From Oscillospiraceae bacterium (GTDB taxonomy: Bacteria; Bacillota; Clostridia; Oscillospirales; SIG627), in NCBI GenBank assembly GCA_015065085.1, contig SVQW01000007.1, positions 991-64,990 on the forward strand: DNA of 64,000 bases. Reading direction: 5' to 3'. Each line of letters opens with the position of its first letter. Position 1 is the stretch's first letter. Both the position numbers and the translations under genes were made by a program. Below are positions 45,039 to 53,502 of this stretch, one piece after another. The notes under the pieces are model-generated. The model worked only from the letters and a program-made list of their open reading frames with translations. It was not told the DNA's origin and searched no databases.

Positions 45039-47603
45039 ATGAAAAATAATACGTATTTGACCGAAGCAGATGTCGAAACAAAGTTTATTTATGCATATTT
45101 AATTGGTGAAGTTTTGGAGGTCAGCGGTAAAAATGTCAGTTTTCATGTCCCCGTAAAAATTACTCAGGGACGAAAAACTGTAACCAAAGAAGCTGATGTT
45201 CTCATAAAGAACGACAAAGGCGAAAATGTGGTAGTCATTGACTCGAAAGCTCCAGACGAAAAGCTTGAGCCATACTTTGATCAAATAGATTCTTATGCAT
45301 TTAGGTTGGAAACTCCTATCTCAATTCTTTCAAATTACTACAGAACAGTTGTTAGGGTATATTTGTCTGGAAACAAAAAGGAAATCATTTTCGACCAAAC
45401 GATAGAGGAAATGGAAGCAGATAGTTTCAAGGAATTAATAGAAATTGTAAAAAAATATATGGAAACACCTTCCGCTACTTTTGATGGTAAAAAAATGGAT
45501 GCAGAAAAAAGTAAAATAGTTGATTATAGACGTTTGTTTAGACAAATACATACAAAAATCAGATCGATTGACAAATTAGATCCGTCTGCATCATTTGATG
45601 AATTCTCCAAAATACTGTTTATCAAAATAATCAATGATAAAATCTCTGCCGAAGAACGCTTAACTCCTGAACGTATTAAAGTGTTTGGCACAACCAAAGA
45701 GCAATCCAATTATGTTGACACTTGGTTCCAAAAGAAAGTTAAGGAGCATTACCCTGGTATTTTTGCAAATAATGTGAAAATATCCGCATCGTCAACTGCA
45801 TTGATCGCTATATTGGAAACATTGGATGGACGATTTGATTTAAAGGATTCATTAAACGATATTAAGGGTAGAGCTTTTGAAGAATTCCTTCCTAGCCAGT
45901 TAAGGGGAAAGGGCCTTGGACAGTTCTTCACTCCAAGATCTGTCGTTGAATTTATGATAGAGTTGGCTGATATATCTATAACTGATAAGGTTTTGGATTT
46001 CGCATCCGGCTCAGGTGGATTCCTTATTAAAGCTTTTGACAGAAAAAGAAAATTAATAGAAGAAACACAACAACAATATTTAGATTTAATAGGAAAAAAT
46101 CGAGAGCAGCTATTGGAAGATACCAAGACTCAAATTTTCGGTATTGATGCTGAACCTAGAGCTGTAAGAACAGCAAAGATGAACATGCTGTTATGGGGTG
46201 ACGGAAAGCAGATCCAACACGGAAACGGATTGGATACCAAAGACTACACAGGAACTCCATATTTTGCGAAGGAGTACAACGAATCCGATCCTTCTACCGG
46301 AGTAGATATCATACTCGCTAATCCACCATTCGGTTCTACAGAAGAAGATCAGAATATTTTGGCAAAGTACACACTTTCCAAAAAGATCAAAAAGAAAGAC
46401 GAGAGTGGAAGAGAGTATATTGTTAATCAAAAGGAAAAGACAGAGCATCTGTTTATCGAGAAAGCATTCAAAATGTTAAGACCAAACGGCAAACTCTTAA
46501 TTGTTTTACCAGAAGGAATCTTTAGTAATAATGATTCTAAAGTTAGGGATTACATTCTGAGCCATTTTGTCATTGATACTATTGTGAAATTACCCAAGCA
46601 TACGTTTGTCATGTCTGGTGTAGACACAATAAACACCGTAATTTTGATTGCTAGAAAGAACACTGCTGAGCGAATGAAGAAAATCAAATTTTCAGATAAA
46701 AAAACTTGGATTAACTCAGCTGAAATTATGACAATCAATTTTGCTTCTGTTAACCAAACGGGATTTGAACCTTCTGGCAAAGCAATAAACGGAGGATATA
46801 CAAATAGTGATCTGAAAATATTAGCAAACAAAATCACAAATGGTGACTTTAGCCAAATTTTAGCGGATCCTATCGAATACGCTGATCTTGCATTTAGCGA
46901 TGACAACAAGAACGAAGTTTGGAAAGAATCTATGGTCAAGTTTTTAACTATAGGTTTTACAAGTGTCCCTAAAAGATTGGATCCGACATATTATTTCTTT
47001 AGCGAAGAAACCAAAGATATTATGAAATCTTTTATTGGACTGGATATTACAGAAGATAATTTAGGCAGAAATCGCCTCACGGAGCAAGAACTTATCGAAG
47101 ATGTTGAAAAGACATACACATATGTTTCGGTTGTAAAAACCATTGATGGTTCAATCACAACGACAGAAGAAAAAACAGTTGATGAGCTATTAGCAACTGA
47201 TTTGCCACAAAAACTTCAATATGGGGATATTGTGTTTAACCCGTACAGAATAAACACAGGATCAATAATCTTGATTGATTCGCGTGAAAAAAACTTGGTA
47301 ACAAGTCCAGCTTATGTTGTAGTTAGAGATTTAAAAATTGATTCAAAATATTTCGTTCAATTATTGAAAACTCCGTTTATGAAATATCAGATACAAGTAC
47401 TGGCATCAGGATCTGTAAGAGATAATTTTTCGGGTTCCAATTTGTATGAATTGAAAATCCCTAATATTGATTCATATGAGCAAAAAGATCTCGTGTTAAG
47501 CATTAATAAAATGCTTAAGAAAATCAAAAAACATTCTCAAGCAATAGACCAAGACATTAATTCTATAAATGCACTACTCAGCAATTTTGGCGGCTTAGAT
47601 TAA
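45039..47603 (+). CDS. Single-polypeptide restriction-modification enzyme candidate: HsdR_N/PD-(D/E)xK-like N-terminus + gamma-class N6-adenine methyltransferase + one HsdS-like TRD (Type IIG/IIL-like)
   Basis: Nuclease-fold pattern EADVLI...VVVIDSKAP. MTase motifs GQFFTPRSVV, DFASGSGGFL and ILANPPFGS. The C-terminal TRD-like region ends in ...LASGSVRDNFSGSNLYELKIP. No separate hsdR or hsdS gene is nearby. Confidence 0.75.
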   Translation: MKNNTYLTEADVETKFIYAYLIGEVLEVSGKNVSFHVPVKITQGRKTVTKEADVLIKNDKGENVVVIDSKAPDEKLEPYFDQIDSYAFRLETPISILSNYYRTVVRVYLSGNKKEIIFDQTIEEMEADSFKELIEIVKKYMETPSATFDGKKMDAEKSKIVDYRRLFRQIHTKIRSIDKLDPSASFDEFSKILFIKIINDKISAEERLTPERIKVFGTTKEQSNYVDTWFQKKVKEHYPGIFANNVKISASSTALIAILETLDGRFDLKDSLNDIKGRAFEEFLPSQLRGKGLGQFFTPRSVVEFMIELADISITDKVLDFASGSGGFLIKAFDRKRKLIEETQQQYLDLIGKNREQLLEDTKTQIFGIDAEPRAVRTAKMNMLLWGDGKQIQHGNGLDTKDYTGTPYFAKEYNESDPSTGVDIILANPPFGSTEEDQNILAKYTLSKKIKKKDESGREYIVNQKEKTEHLFIEKAFKMLRPNGKLLIVLPEGIFSNNDSKVRDYILSHFVIDTIVKLPKHTFVMSGVDTINTVILIARKNTAERMKKIKFSDKKTWINSAEIMTINFASVNQTGFEPSGKAINGGYTNSDLKILANKITNGDFSQILADPIEYADLAFSDDNKNEVWKESMVKFLTIGFTSVPKRLDPTYYFFSEETKDIMKSFIGLDITEDNLGRNRLTEQELIEDVEKTYTYVSVVKTIDGSITTTEEKTVDELLATDLPQKLQYGDIVFNPYRINTGSIILIDSREKNLVTSPAYVVVRDLKIDSKYFVQLLKTPFMKYQIQVLASGSVRDNFSGSNLYELKIPNIDSYEQKDLVLSINKMLKKIKKHSQAIDQDINSINALLSNFGGLD

Positions 47604-47692
47604 TTTTGGATTGTTGATGCAGTACCTAAATATTTGGCAATCAAGGCGTAGGTAACATACTGCCCTGCTTGATTTTTAATCAAACATTTAAC

Positions 47693-47729
47693 AATAGGAC
47701 TTGTACTCGATTCGAGCACAAGTCCTATT
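47693..47729. terminator. Strong hairpin after the RM gene (terminator or element-end structure)
   Basis: AATAGGACTTGTACTCG-ATT-CGAGCACAAGTCCTATT: a 16-bp stem with one mismatch, and no clean T-run on either side. Confidence 0.45.
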
Positions 47730-47969
47730 GCCGTCTATTTGGTTATTTATTCCATTACTTCCAACATTATTTTTGCTTCCAGCTTACCATAAAATCCAAG
47801 TTAATCGACACCCGAAAGGTCAAACTCAGACGGATTTTCAATTATGGATATTTCAGAATAAGTGGCGCACATACCTTTTGTGTAAGAGAAATCGTTGTTC
47901 CTGTCAATGAAAAAACATACAGAGGGTGTGACTTGAAGCTTAGGGGACAAATACCCAAAGTCTCGGGTA

Positions 47970-48089
47970 TAGCCACCCATTTCCCATACTTTTTCCCATA
48001 CCTTTGAATTAAAATTCAAAATATTTTTTTGTTTTTCCTAAACTTTTAAGTGTTTGGTCGGGGGACAAATTTCAAAAAAAATATATAAT
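47970..48089 (+). promoter_or_regulatory. Promoter module copy 1, upstream of the zinc-ribbon/TPM operon
   Basis: A 36-nt block, TAGCCACCCATTTCCCATACTTTTTCCCATACCTTT (direct repeat TTCCCATAC x2), then TTTTCCTAAACTTT, then GTGTTTGGTCGGGGGACAAAT. GGGACA (48062-48067), a 16-nt spacer, then TATAAT (48084-48089). Confidence 0.6.
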
Positions 48090-48234
48090 TATACTTACAA
48101 GAACAGAAGCGATAGGATATTATTTTTGCGTTCTAAGGATAACAAGGGGCATGCAAACACTTGTATATGAACTTCACCAACGGATGCGTAAAAAACTCTG
48201 TTATTCTAACGCGTTTCCGAAGGGAGGATAGCCT

Positions 48235-48597
48235 ATGCAAAAAAAAATGGCAAAGCACAGATTGATTACCGACAGCGAAGGAAAATTACGTTATCAGTTT
48301 TTCTGCGATTTATCGGGATCGCTTGAGTATACGTCAAGCTCCATAAATGCAGATTCCGAGGAGGAACTTGAACGTGTATGGAATAAAAACGCAAAAGAGC
48401 ACTTCAATCTATGTCACAAATGTGGGATTTATGTAAGCTCTGAAATGTTTAACGCCGAGGTTTTTGAGTGTGTAGCTTGTGCTCCGTGGGAGGAGGCTCC
48501 GAAATATTGTCCTCATTGCGGACAAAAGGTTAATGGTTCGGGAAACAACTGCAGCTATTGTGAAAAGAAACTGCGTTATGAGGGGGGAGAGGTATGA
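48235..48597 (+). CDS. Small protein with two zinc-ribbon motifs
   Basis: CHKCG...CVAC and CPHCG...CSYC. RBS GGGAGG 8 nt upstream. Confidence 0.65.
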   Translation: MQKKMAKHRLITDSEGKLRYQFFCDLSGSLEYTSSSINADSEEELERVWNKNAKEHFNLCHKCGIYVSSEMFNAEVFECVACAPWEEAPKYCPHCGQKVNGSGNNCSYCEKKLRYEGGEV

Positions 48598-48601
48598 AAC
48601 T

Positions 48602-48874
48602 ATGACAGCACCTTATGAAAAAATACGTCTTGAGAATATGAAGCACTATGGCTTCGGTCCCGAGGTAATGAAAAGAATAAAGGTTTGCAAGGAATGCGGT
48701 GCAAAAGCTGATTCGGAGCTTCTCTTTTGTCCCGATTGTGACAGACCTCTTCCGACGGAAACTCTCTATACGCTGTATGTGCATAGCCATTTTGTATGTA
48801 CAAAGTGCAAAACGGTAGTATCGGCAAAATATAAATTCTGTCCACAGTGTGGTAAAAAACTTATTTTTGAATAA
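48602..48874 (+). CDS. Double zinc-ribbon protein (90 aa)
   Basis: CKECG...CPDC and CTKC...CPQCG. The start is set at the ATG at 48602 (MTAPYEK), 4 nt after the previous stop. The longer ORF-track start overlaps the upstream gene. Confidence 0.6.
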   Translation: MTAPYEKIRLENMKHYGFGPEVMKRIKVCKECGAKADSELLFCPDCDRPLPTETLYTLYVHSHFVCTKCKTVVSAKYKFCPQCGKKLIFE

Positions 48875-48923
48875 TCAGATAATAAAACAAAAACAAAAAA
48901 ATACATTTACGGAGGTATTTATT

Positions 48924-49682
48924 ATGGCAAAGAACACATGTGCAATATGCGGAGCAGAAGTTAATCTGTTTACAGGACAGCAGCTGGCGGATAAGACATA
49001 TATCTGCCGTAAGGTATGTGCAAAGAAGTGTCTTAAAATCTTCGATTTTGTTCCCGCAACTCTTGACGAGGTAAAATCACACATTGAGCAGGTTGAAAAG
49101 GGTACAAAAGTATGGAATCAGATTTTTGTTCCTTTGCAGAAAACAAAGGTCAAGGAAGAAAAGCTGAAGAGATTTGGTGCCCCCCTTTATGTGTCACCCT
49201 CAACAGGACTTATGGCACTTGTTGAAACAAGATATAAGTTCATTGTTTTCGGCAAAAGCCAGCTTGCCTGCGTTTACAGAATAGCAGATCTCGCTTCCTA
49301 TGAATATGAGGAAGAGTCGGTGAAAAATTCCGAGGGCAAGATAGAAAAGAAGGAATTTTGCCGTATGTTCTTCCACAATACGGCAGGTCTTTACAGCTTC
49401 CGCTTTGAGATAAGCAACAGCCTTGAATTTAAGTCGCTTGAAAAGTATTTTGATACTCTCTTCGGTATTCAGAAAACTCTTGGCAACTCCATAAACAACG
49501 CAAAAAAGCAGTGGGCAGCAATCAAGGATGTTGCAGGTGCGGTAAAGGCTGCGGCTTCAGGTGACGAAAATGTCGAAGAAAAAGCGGCAGCGGCGGCAGA
49601 AAGTCTCGGTACATATCTTGAGGGTGACAGAACAGAGCTTATCGCAAAGGCTGATGCGGCTCTTGCAGGTGTTCAGTATTGA
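48924..49682 (+). CDS. N-terminal zinc-ribbon protein with a central beta-rich (PH-like?) domain and an Ala-rich helical tail
   Basis: CAICG...C.KVCAKKC at the N-terminus. The start is the ATG at 48924 after GGAGGT. The domain guesses come from sequence texture only. Confidence 0.6.
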   Translation: MAKNTCAICGAEVNLFTGQQLADKTYICRKVCAKKCLKIFDFVPATLDEVKSHIEQVEKGTKVWNQIFVPLQKTKVKEEKLKRFGAPLYVSPSTGLMALVETRYKFIVFGKSQLACVYRIADLASYEYEEESVKNSEGKIEKKEFCRMFFHNTAGLYSFRFEISNSLEFKSLEKYFDTLFGIQKTLGNSINNAKKQWAAIKDVAGAVKAAASGDENVEEKAAAAAESLGTYLEGDRTELIAKADAALAGVQY

Positions 49683-51091
49683 CGGCGGTGATAACATTGA
49701 AGAAAATAATATCATTGTTGCTTGTTTTTACACTTTGTGCGATGCTGTTTGTTTCCTGCACTCAAGAGAACGATAAGCCTGATGTGAAAAACAATAACGA
49801 TGTAACAGAAACTGATGACAGTCAAGGTGACAAAACAACATCAAAACCTGATAAATCAGAAAAGGAAGACGAGTTACTTACAGAACTCAGAAAGCAGATA
49901 TCCGACAGCGGTGCAAAGCTGGGTGTTGCATATCTCGGATACTTTGTTGAAACATTTGATGACACAAAAGATTATTTTAAATATTTAGGACTGTATGAAG
50001 ACTATCCCTTTGTTGAAGAAATGGAGCTTGGTGACCTTATCGTAAACGAAAACAACGAGATGTATCTTGTTGTACCTGCCGATAGTACAGAAACAGTCAA
50101 GGTATACGACGCAGTACCTGATGAAGAAACCTATGAGCTTGAAAAGGGTGAGCTTTTAGGCGAATCGGCAAATGGAAAACCGTTCCTTCTTCTTTGCAAT
50201 GTCAGCGAAATAATACCAAATGTGATCATAAGCACAAGCACCCTTGAATACAGTCCCTGTCTTTCGGGCGAGGACGGAGAGCTTGTAGAGAATCAAGATA
50301 TTTACGATTTTTCGCCTTATGAGAAAATAAAAGAGTATTATGACATTCAGAACGGTCTTGCAGATGGAGCAGATCCCATATTCTGCGGAAGCTGGTTCGG
50401 AGAATCGGAAAACGGCGACTACGAGCTTATGTCAATGAGCCTTGAACTTTACGTAGACGGAACAGCAACCTACGTATACGGCGTTGGAAACAGCGAGCCT
50501 GTAGAGTGGTTTATGGGCGAATGGAGCTTTGATGCCGAGCGTGATATGATCATTCTTGATATGTACGGTGGACCGCCAAACGACTATGAAGATTCCGATG
50601 AATTGTTTATAGACCCGTATGAACTGAAGTGCGGTTTTAAGTGGGATATGGATTACCGTGATGACGGAACTTATCTCATTCTTACACACGAAGAGGGCGA
50701 TCCCATACTGTGGGGCAAGAACGGTGCAACATTTGAGTTTGCAGAGGCTTCCGGGCCCGAGGAAGAGGAAGATTACTCTTACCTTATCGGCTCATGGGGA
50801 ATAATCTCTGAAAAATCAGAAACATACCTTGAGTTGTTTCCCGATGGCTCGGCGCACTATTATGTAACAAGGGACGATGTGACAGAAAAAGACCTTCGCG
50901 GCTCATGGCATGCCGAAGCTCTTACATTGTACCTTACACTCGGCGAAAATGAAGCTTTGACGGGAGCTTACGGTATTATGTATGACGGTGAGCTGCTTAT
51001 TCTGTCCATTCTCGATGATTTCGCCGAACCGCTGACGGCTTTTATGGCAGAAAACGGATATGACAGCTTTATACTTTGCGGTGTAGGCTGA
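49679..51091 (+). CDS. Acidic secreted lipoprotein with repeated G-x-W lipocalin-like modules
   Basis: Signal peptide KKIISLLLVFTLCAMLFVSC (lipobox). Non-ATG start candidates lie at 49679 (TTG), 49688 (GTG) and 49697 (TTG). Repeated GSWFGE/GEWSFD/GSWGII/GSWHAE segments. Confidence 0.65.
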   Translation: MTAVITLKKIISLLLVFTLCAMLFVSCTQENDKPDVKNNNDVTETDDSQGDKTTSKPDKSEKEDELLTELRKQISDSGAKLGVAYLGYFVETFDDTKDYFKYLGLYEDYPFVEEMELGDLIVNENNEMYLVVPADSTETVKVYDAVPDEETYELEKGELLGESANGKPFLLLCNVSEIIPNVIISTSTLEYSPCLSGEDGELVENQDIYDFSPYEKIKEYYDIQNGLADGADPIFCGSWFGESENGDYELMSMSLELYVDGTATYVYGVGNSEPVEWFMGEWSFDAERDMIILDMYGGPPNDYEDSDELFIDPYELKCGFKWDMDYRDDGTYLILTHEEGDPILWGKNGATFEFAEASGPEEEEDYSYLIGSWGIISEKSETYLELFPDGSAHYYVTRDDVTEKDLRGSWHAEALTLYLTLGENEALTGAYGIMYDGELLILSILDDFAEPLTAFMAENGYDSFILCGVG

Positions 51092-51120
51092 TAATACAGT
51101 AATTTGAAAGGAGTGTTTAT

Positions 51121-52206
51121 ATGGCTACTTTACAAGAATACAAATGCCCGTGCTGTGACGGTGCGATAGCGTTTGACGCAGAATCTCAGAAAATGAAATG
51201 TCCTTTCTGCGGCAACGAATTTGAAATGGAAACCCTTGCTTCCTATGACAGTGAGCTTCAGAACGACTCGGAAAGCAACATGCAGTGGGAAACGAATGCA
51301 GGTTCCGAGTGGCAGGAAGGAGAAGCAGACGGCCTTCGTACATACCGGTGTAACTCCTGCGGAGGCGAAATTGTAGGCGATGATACGCTGGCAGCTTCAA
51401 AATGCCCCTATTGCGGAAATCAGGTTGTTATGATGGGACAGTTCTCAGGTGCTCTGAAGCCTGACTTTGTTATTCCATTTAAGCTTGATAAGAAAGCTGC
51501 GAAGGAAGCGCTCCTTAACCACTATAAAGGCAAGAGGTTCCTTCCTAAAGTTTTCAGAGACCAGAATCATATTGAAGAAATCAAGGGCGTTTACGTTCCT
51601 TTCTGGCTCTTTGATGCAGAGGCCGATGCCAACATCAGATACAGAGCAACACGTATTCGCCATTGGAGTGATTCGAGGTACGAATACACCGAAACAAGCT
51701 TTTATAATGTAACTCGTCAAGGCTCACTCGGCTTTGAAAAAGTTCCCGTTGACGGCTCGACAAAGATGGCAGATGACCTTATGGAATCAATTGAACCCTT
51801 TGACTTTTCACAGGCTGTCGATTTCCAAACAGCATATCTTGCAGGCTATATTGCTGACAAATATGACGTTGACGCCGAAACAAGTATTGAAAGAGCAAAT
51901 GAAAGAATCAAGAAGAGCACCGAAGATGCTTTTGCCTCAACAGTTGACGGTTACACTACCGTAACACCCGTAATGTCAAGTATAAATCTTGAAAACGGCA
52001 CTTCAAAGTATGCCCTTTTCCCCGTGTGGCTTCTCAACACCGATTGGAACGGTCAGAAATACACCTTTGCAATGAACGGTCAGACAGGCAAGCTTGTGGG
52101 CGATCTCCCTCTTGACAAGGGTGCATACAAGAGATGGCTTTTCGGACTTACAGGTGTGATAAGTGCAGTATGTCTCGGCATATCTTATCTGCTCTGGTTA
52201 ATTTGA
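51121..52206 (+). CDS. Two-zinc-ribbon protein with a C-terminal TM anchor (YdjG-like architecture)
   Basis: CPCCDG...CPFCG and CNSCGG...CPYCG, a soluble domain of about 230 aa, and the C-terminal helix WLFGLTGVISAVCLGISYLLWLI. Confidence 0.7.
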   Translation: MATLQEYKCPCCDGAIAFDAESQKMKCPFCGNEFEMETLASYDSELQNDSESNMQWETNAGSEWQEGEADGLRTYRCNSCGGEIVGDDTLAASKCPYCGNQVVMMGQFSGALKPDFVIPFKLDKKAAKEALLNHYKGKRFLPKVFRDQNHIEEIKGVYVPFWLFDAEADANIRYRATRIRHWSDSRYEYTETSFYNVTRQGSLGFEKVPVDGSTKMADDLMESIEPFDFSQAVDFQTAYLAGYIADKYDVDAETSIERANERIKKSTEDAFASTVDGYTTVTPVMSSINLENGTSKYALFPVWLLNTDWNGQKYTFAMNGQTGKLVGDLPLDKGAYKRWLFGLTGVISAVCLGISYLLWLI

Positions 52207-52219
52207 GGGGGTGTGAATT

Positions 52220-53017
52220 ATGAAAAACAGAATATTTACACTGCTTGTTGCAATATTGTCGGTTATAATGCTGACAGTAGGCGTTGCTGCCGAAGATGAG
52301 TATTATCGTTTGCAGGATTTAACAGAAGTACCGCTTCTTACCGAAAGCGAAAACGCTGAAATTCTTGCTCTTCTTGATGAAGTAAGCGAGAGACAAGGAA
52401 TGGATATTGCCATTCTCACGGTAGATGCTGTGGAAGAAGGTCTTACCGTTGAAGAGGATGCTACCGAATGGTATGAGTATCTCGGTTACGGCGACGACGG
52501 TGCAATGCTGTATATCAGCATGGAAGAAAGTGACTGGTATTATCTCACAAAGGGCTTCGGAATTACCGCAATGACAGATGCGGGAATAGATTACATATCC
52601 GAAAAGTTCCTTCCTGCTCTTTCCGACGGTGACTATGCAGGTGCATTCAGAGCATATATCCAGTATACCGACGAGTTTATAACACAGGCAAAAACAGGCA
52701 AACCCTACGACGTGGGAAATATGCCAAAAGAGCCCTATGACTTGCCGATGAGCCTTCTCGTTTCAGTAGGCATTGGTCTTTTGGTTTCTCTTATAATAAC
52801 AAGCATATGGAAAGGTCAGCTCAAGAGCGTTGCGTTCAAGACACAGGCGACAAGTTACTTGAAGCCCGGAAGCCTTAGCATCGCAAACTCCCGTGACTTC
52901 TTCCTATACAGAACAGTTGACCGCAGAGAAAAAGAAAATGAATCATCATCCGGTGGTTCTTCAACACACAAGTCATCTTCCGGTGGAACATATGGCGGAA
53001 AAGGCGGAAAATTCTAA
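52220..53017 (+). CDS. TPM-domain membrane protein (YgcG/YdjH-like) with a Gly/Ser-rich tail
   Basis: Signal/TM helix, TPM-like region (LLTESENAEILALLDEVSERQGMDIAILTV), a second TM helix, and the tail SSSGGSSTHKSSSGGTYGGKGGKF. Confidence 0.7.
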   Translation: MKNRIFTLLVAILSVIMLTVGVAAEDEYYRLQDLTEVPLLTESENAEILALLDEVSERQGMDIAILTVDAVEEGLTVEEDATEWYEYLGYGDDGAMLYISMEESDWYYLTKGFGITAMTDAGIDYISEKFLPALSDGDYAGAFRAYIQYTDEFITQAKTGKPYDVGNMPKEPYDLPMSLLVSVGIGLLVSLIITSIWKGQLKSVAFKTQATSYLKPGSLSIANSRDFFLYRTVDRREKENESSSGGSSTHKSSSGGTYGGKGGKF

Positions 53018-53032
53018 AAAAAGGAGTTTGCC

Positions 53033-53428
53033 ATGAGTATTGTAGGAAATTGGAAAGTTAAAAAGATTATACACTTCGAAGGAGATGAGCCAAAGCTTAT
53101 CACCATTGATGAGTTTAATGCTATTCCGGAAGAACAGAAAGACGAAGAACAGGCTCAAATGGCAAGCTTGGTGCTTGATATTACCGAGGACGGAAAACTC
53201 ACAATGATGATTCCCATTCCGGCTCAAGCAATTGAAGAAGCAAGAGCAGAAGGAGCTGAGGTTACAGACGACGGCTTTGTAATTGCAGACAAATTCGAGT
53301 GGCTTAAAAGAGATGACAAGTATTTCTGCCATAACGAAAGCATGGGCACAGATCCAATGCCTCTTGAGTTCGATGATGACGGCTGTCTTGAATTTATGGG
53401 TGGAATGCTGATTTTTGAAAAAATTTAA
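53033..53428 (+). CDS. Small cytoplasmic hypothetical protein (lipocalin-like GNWKV start)
   Basis: A 131-aa ORF with RBS AAGGAG and no signal peptide. Confidence 0.55.
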   Translation: MSIVGNWKVKKIIHFEGDEPKLITIDEFNAIPEEQKDEEQAQMASLVLDITEDGKLTMMIPIPAQAIEEARAEGAEVTDDGFVIADKFEWLKRDDKYFCHNESMGTDPMPLEFDDDGCLEFMGGMLIFEKI

Positions 53429-53502
53429 CCAATTATCGAAGATATAGCCGATTGTTTCCGTCTGATTATAGTTAAAATATAAAATTAAAAGGAGAAGCTG
53501 TT

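Larger units (their letters stand above)
40776..47730. mobile_element. Integrated element, minimum extent (serine recombinase + AbiE + RM); left junction at about 40.76-40.79 kb, right junction not identified and possibly beyond the window
   Basis: A host gene is truncated at the junction, with a large serine recombinase at the very edge and a visible drop in GC. The cargo is defence genes. No att repeat or missing SASP 5' half was found in the window. Confidence 0.45.

Noticed and set aside
47801-48019. A 72-aa minus-strand ORF left of promoter-module copy 1.
   Set aside because: Its N-terminal third (KVWEKVWEMGGY) is just the reverse translation of the shared promoter repeat. There is no RBS for any of the internal Mets (the best candidate has a 1-nt spacing). 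It may be the remnant of whatever gene once sat divergent to the module, so I did not call it.
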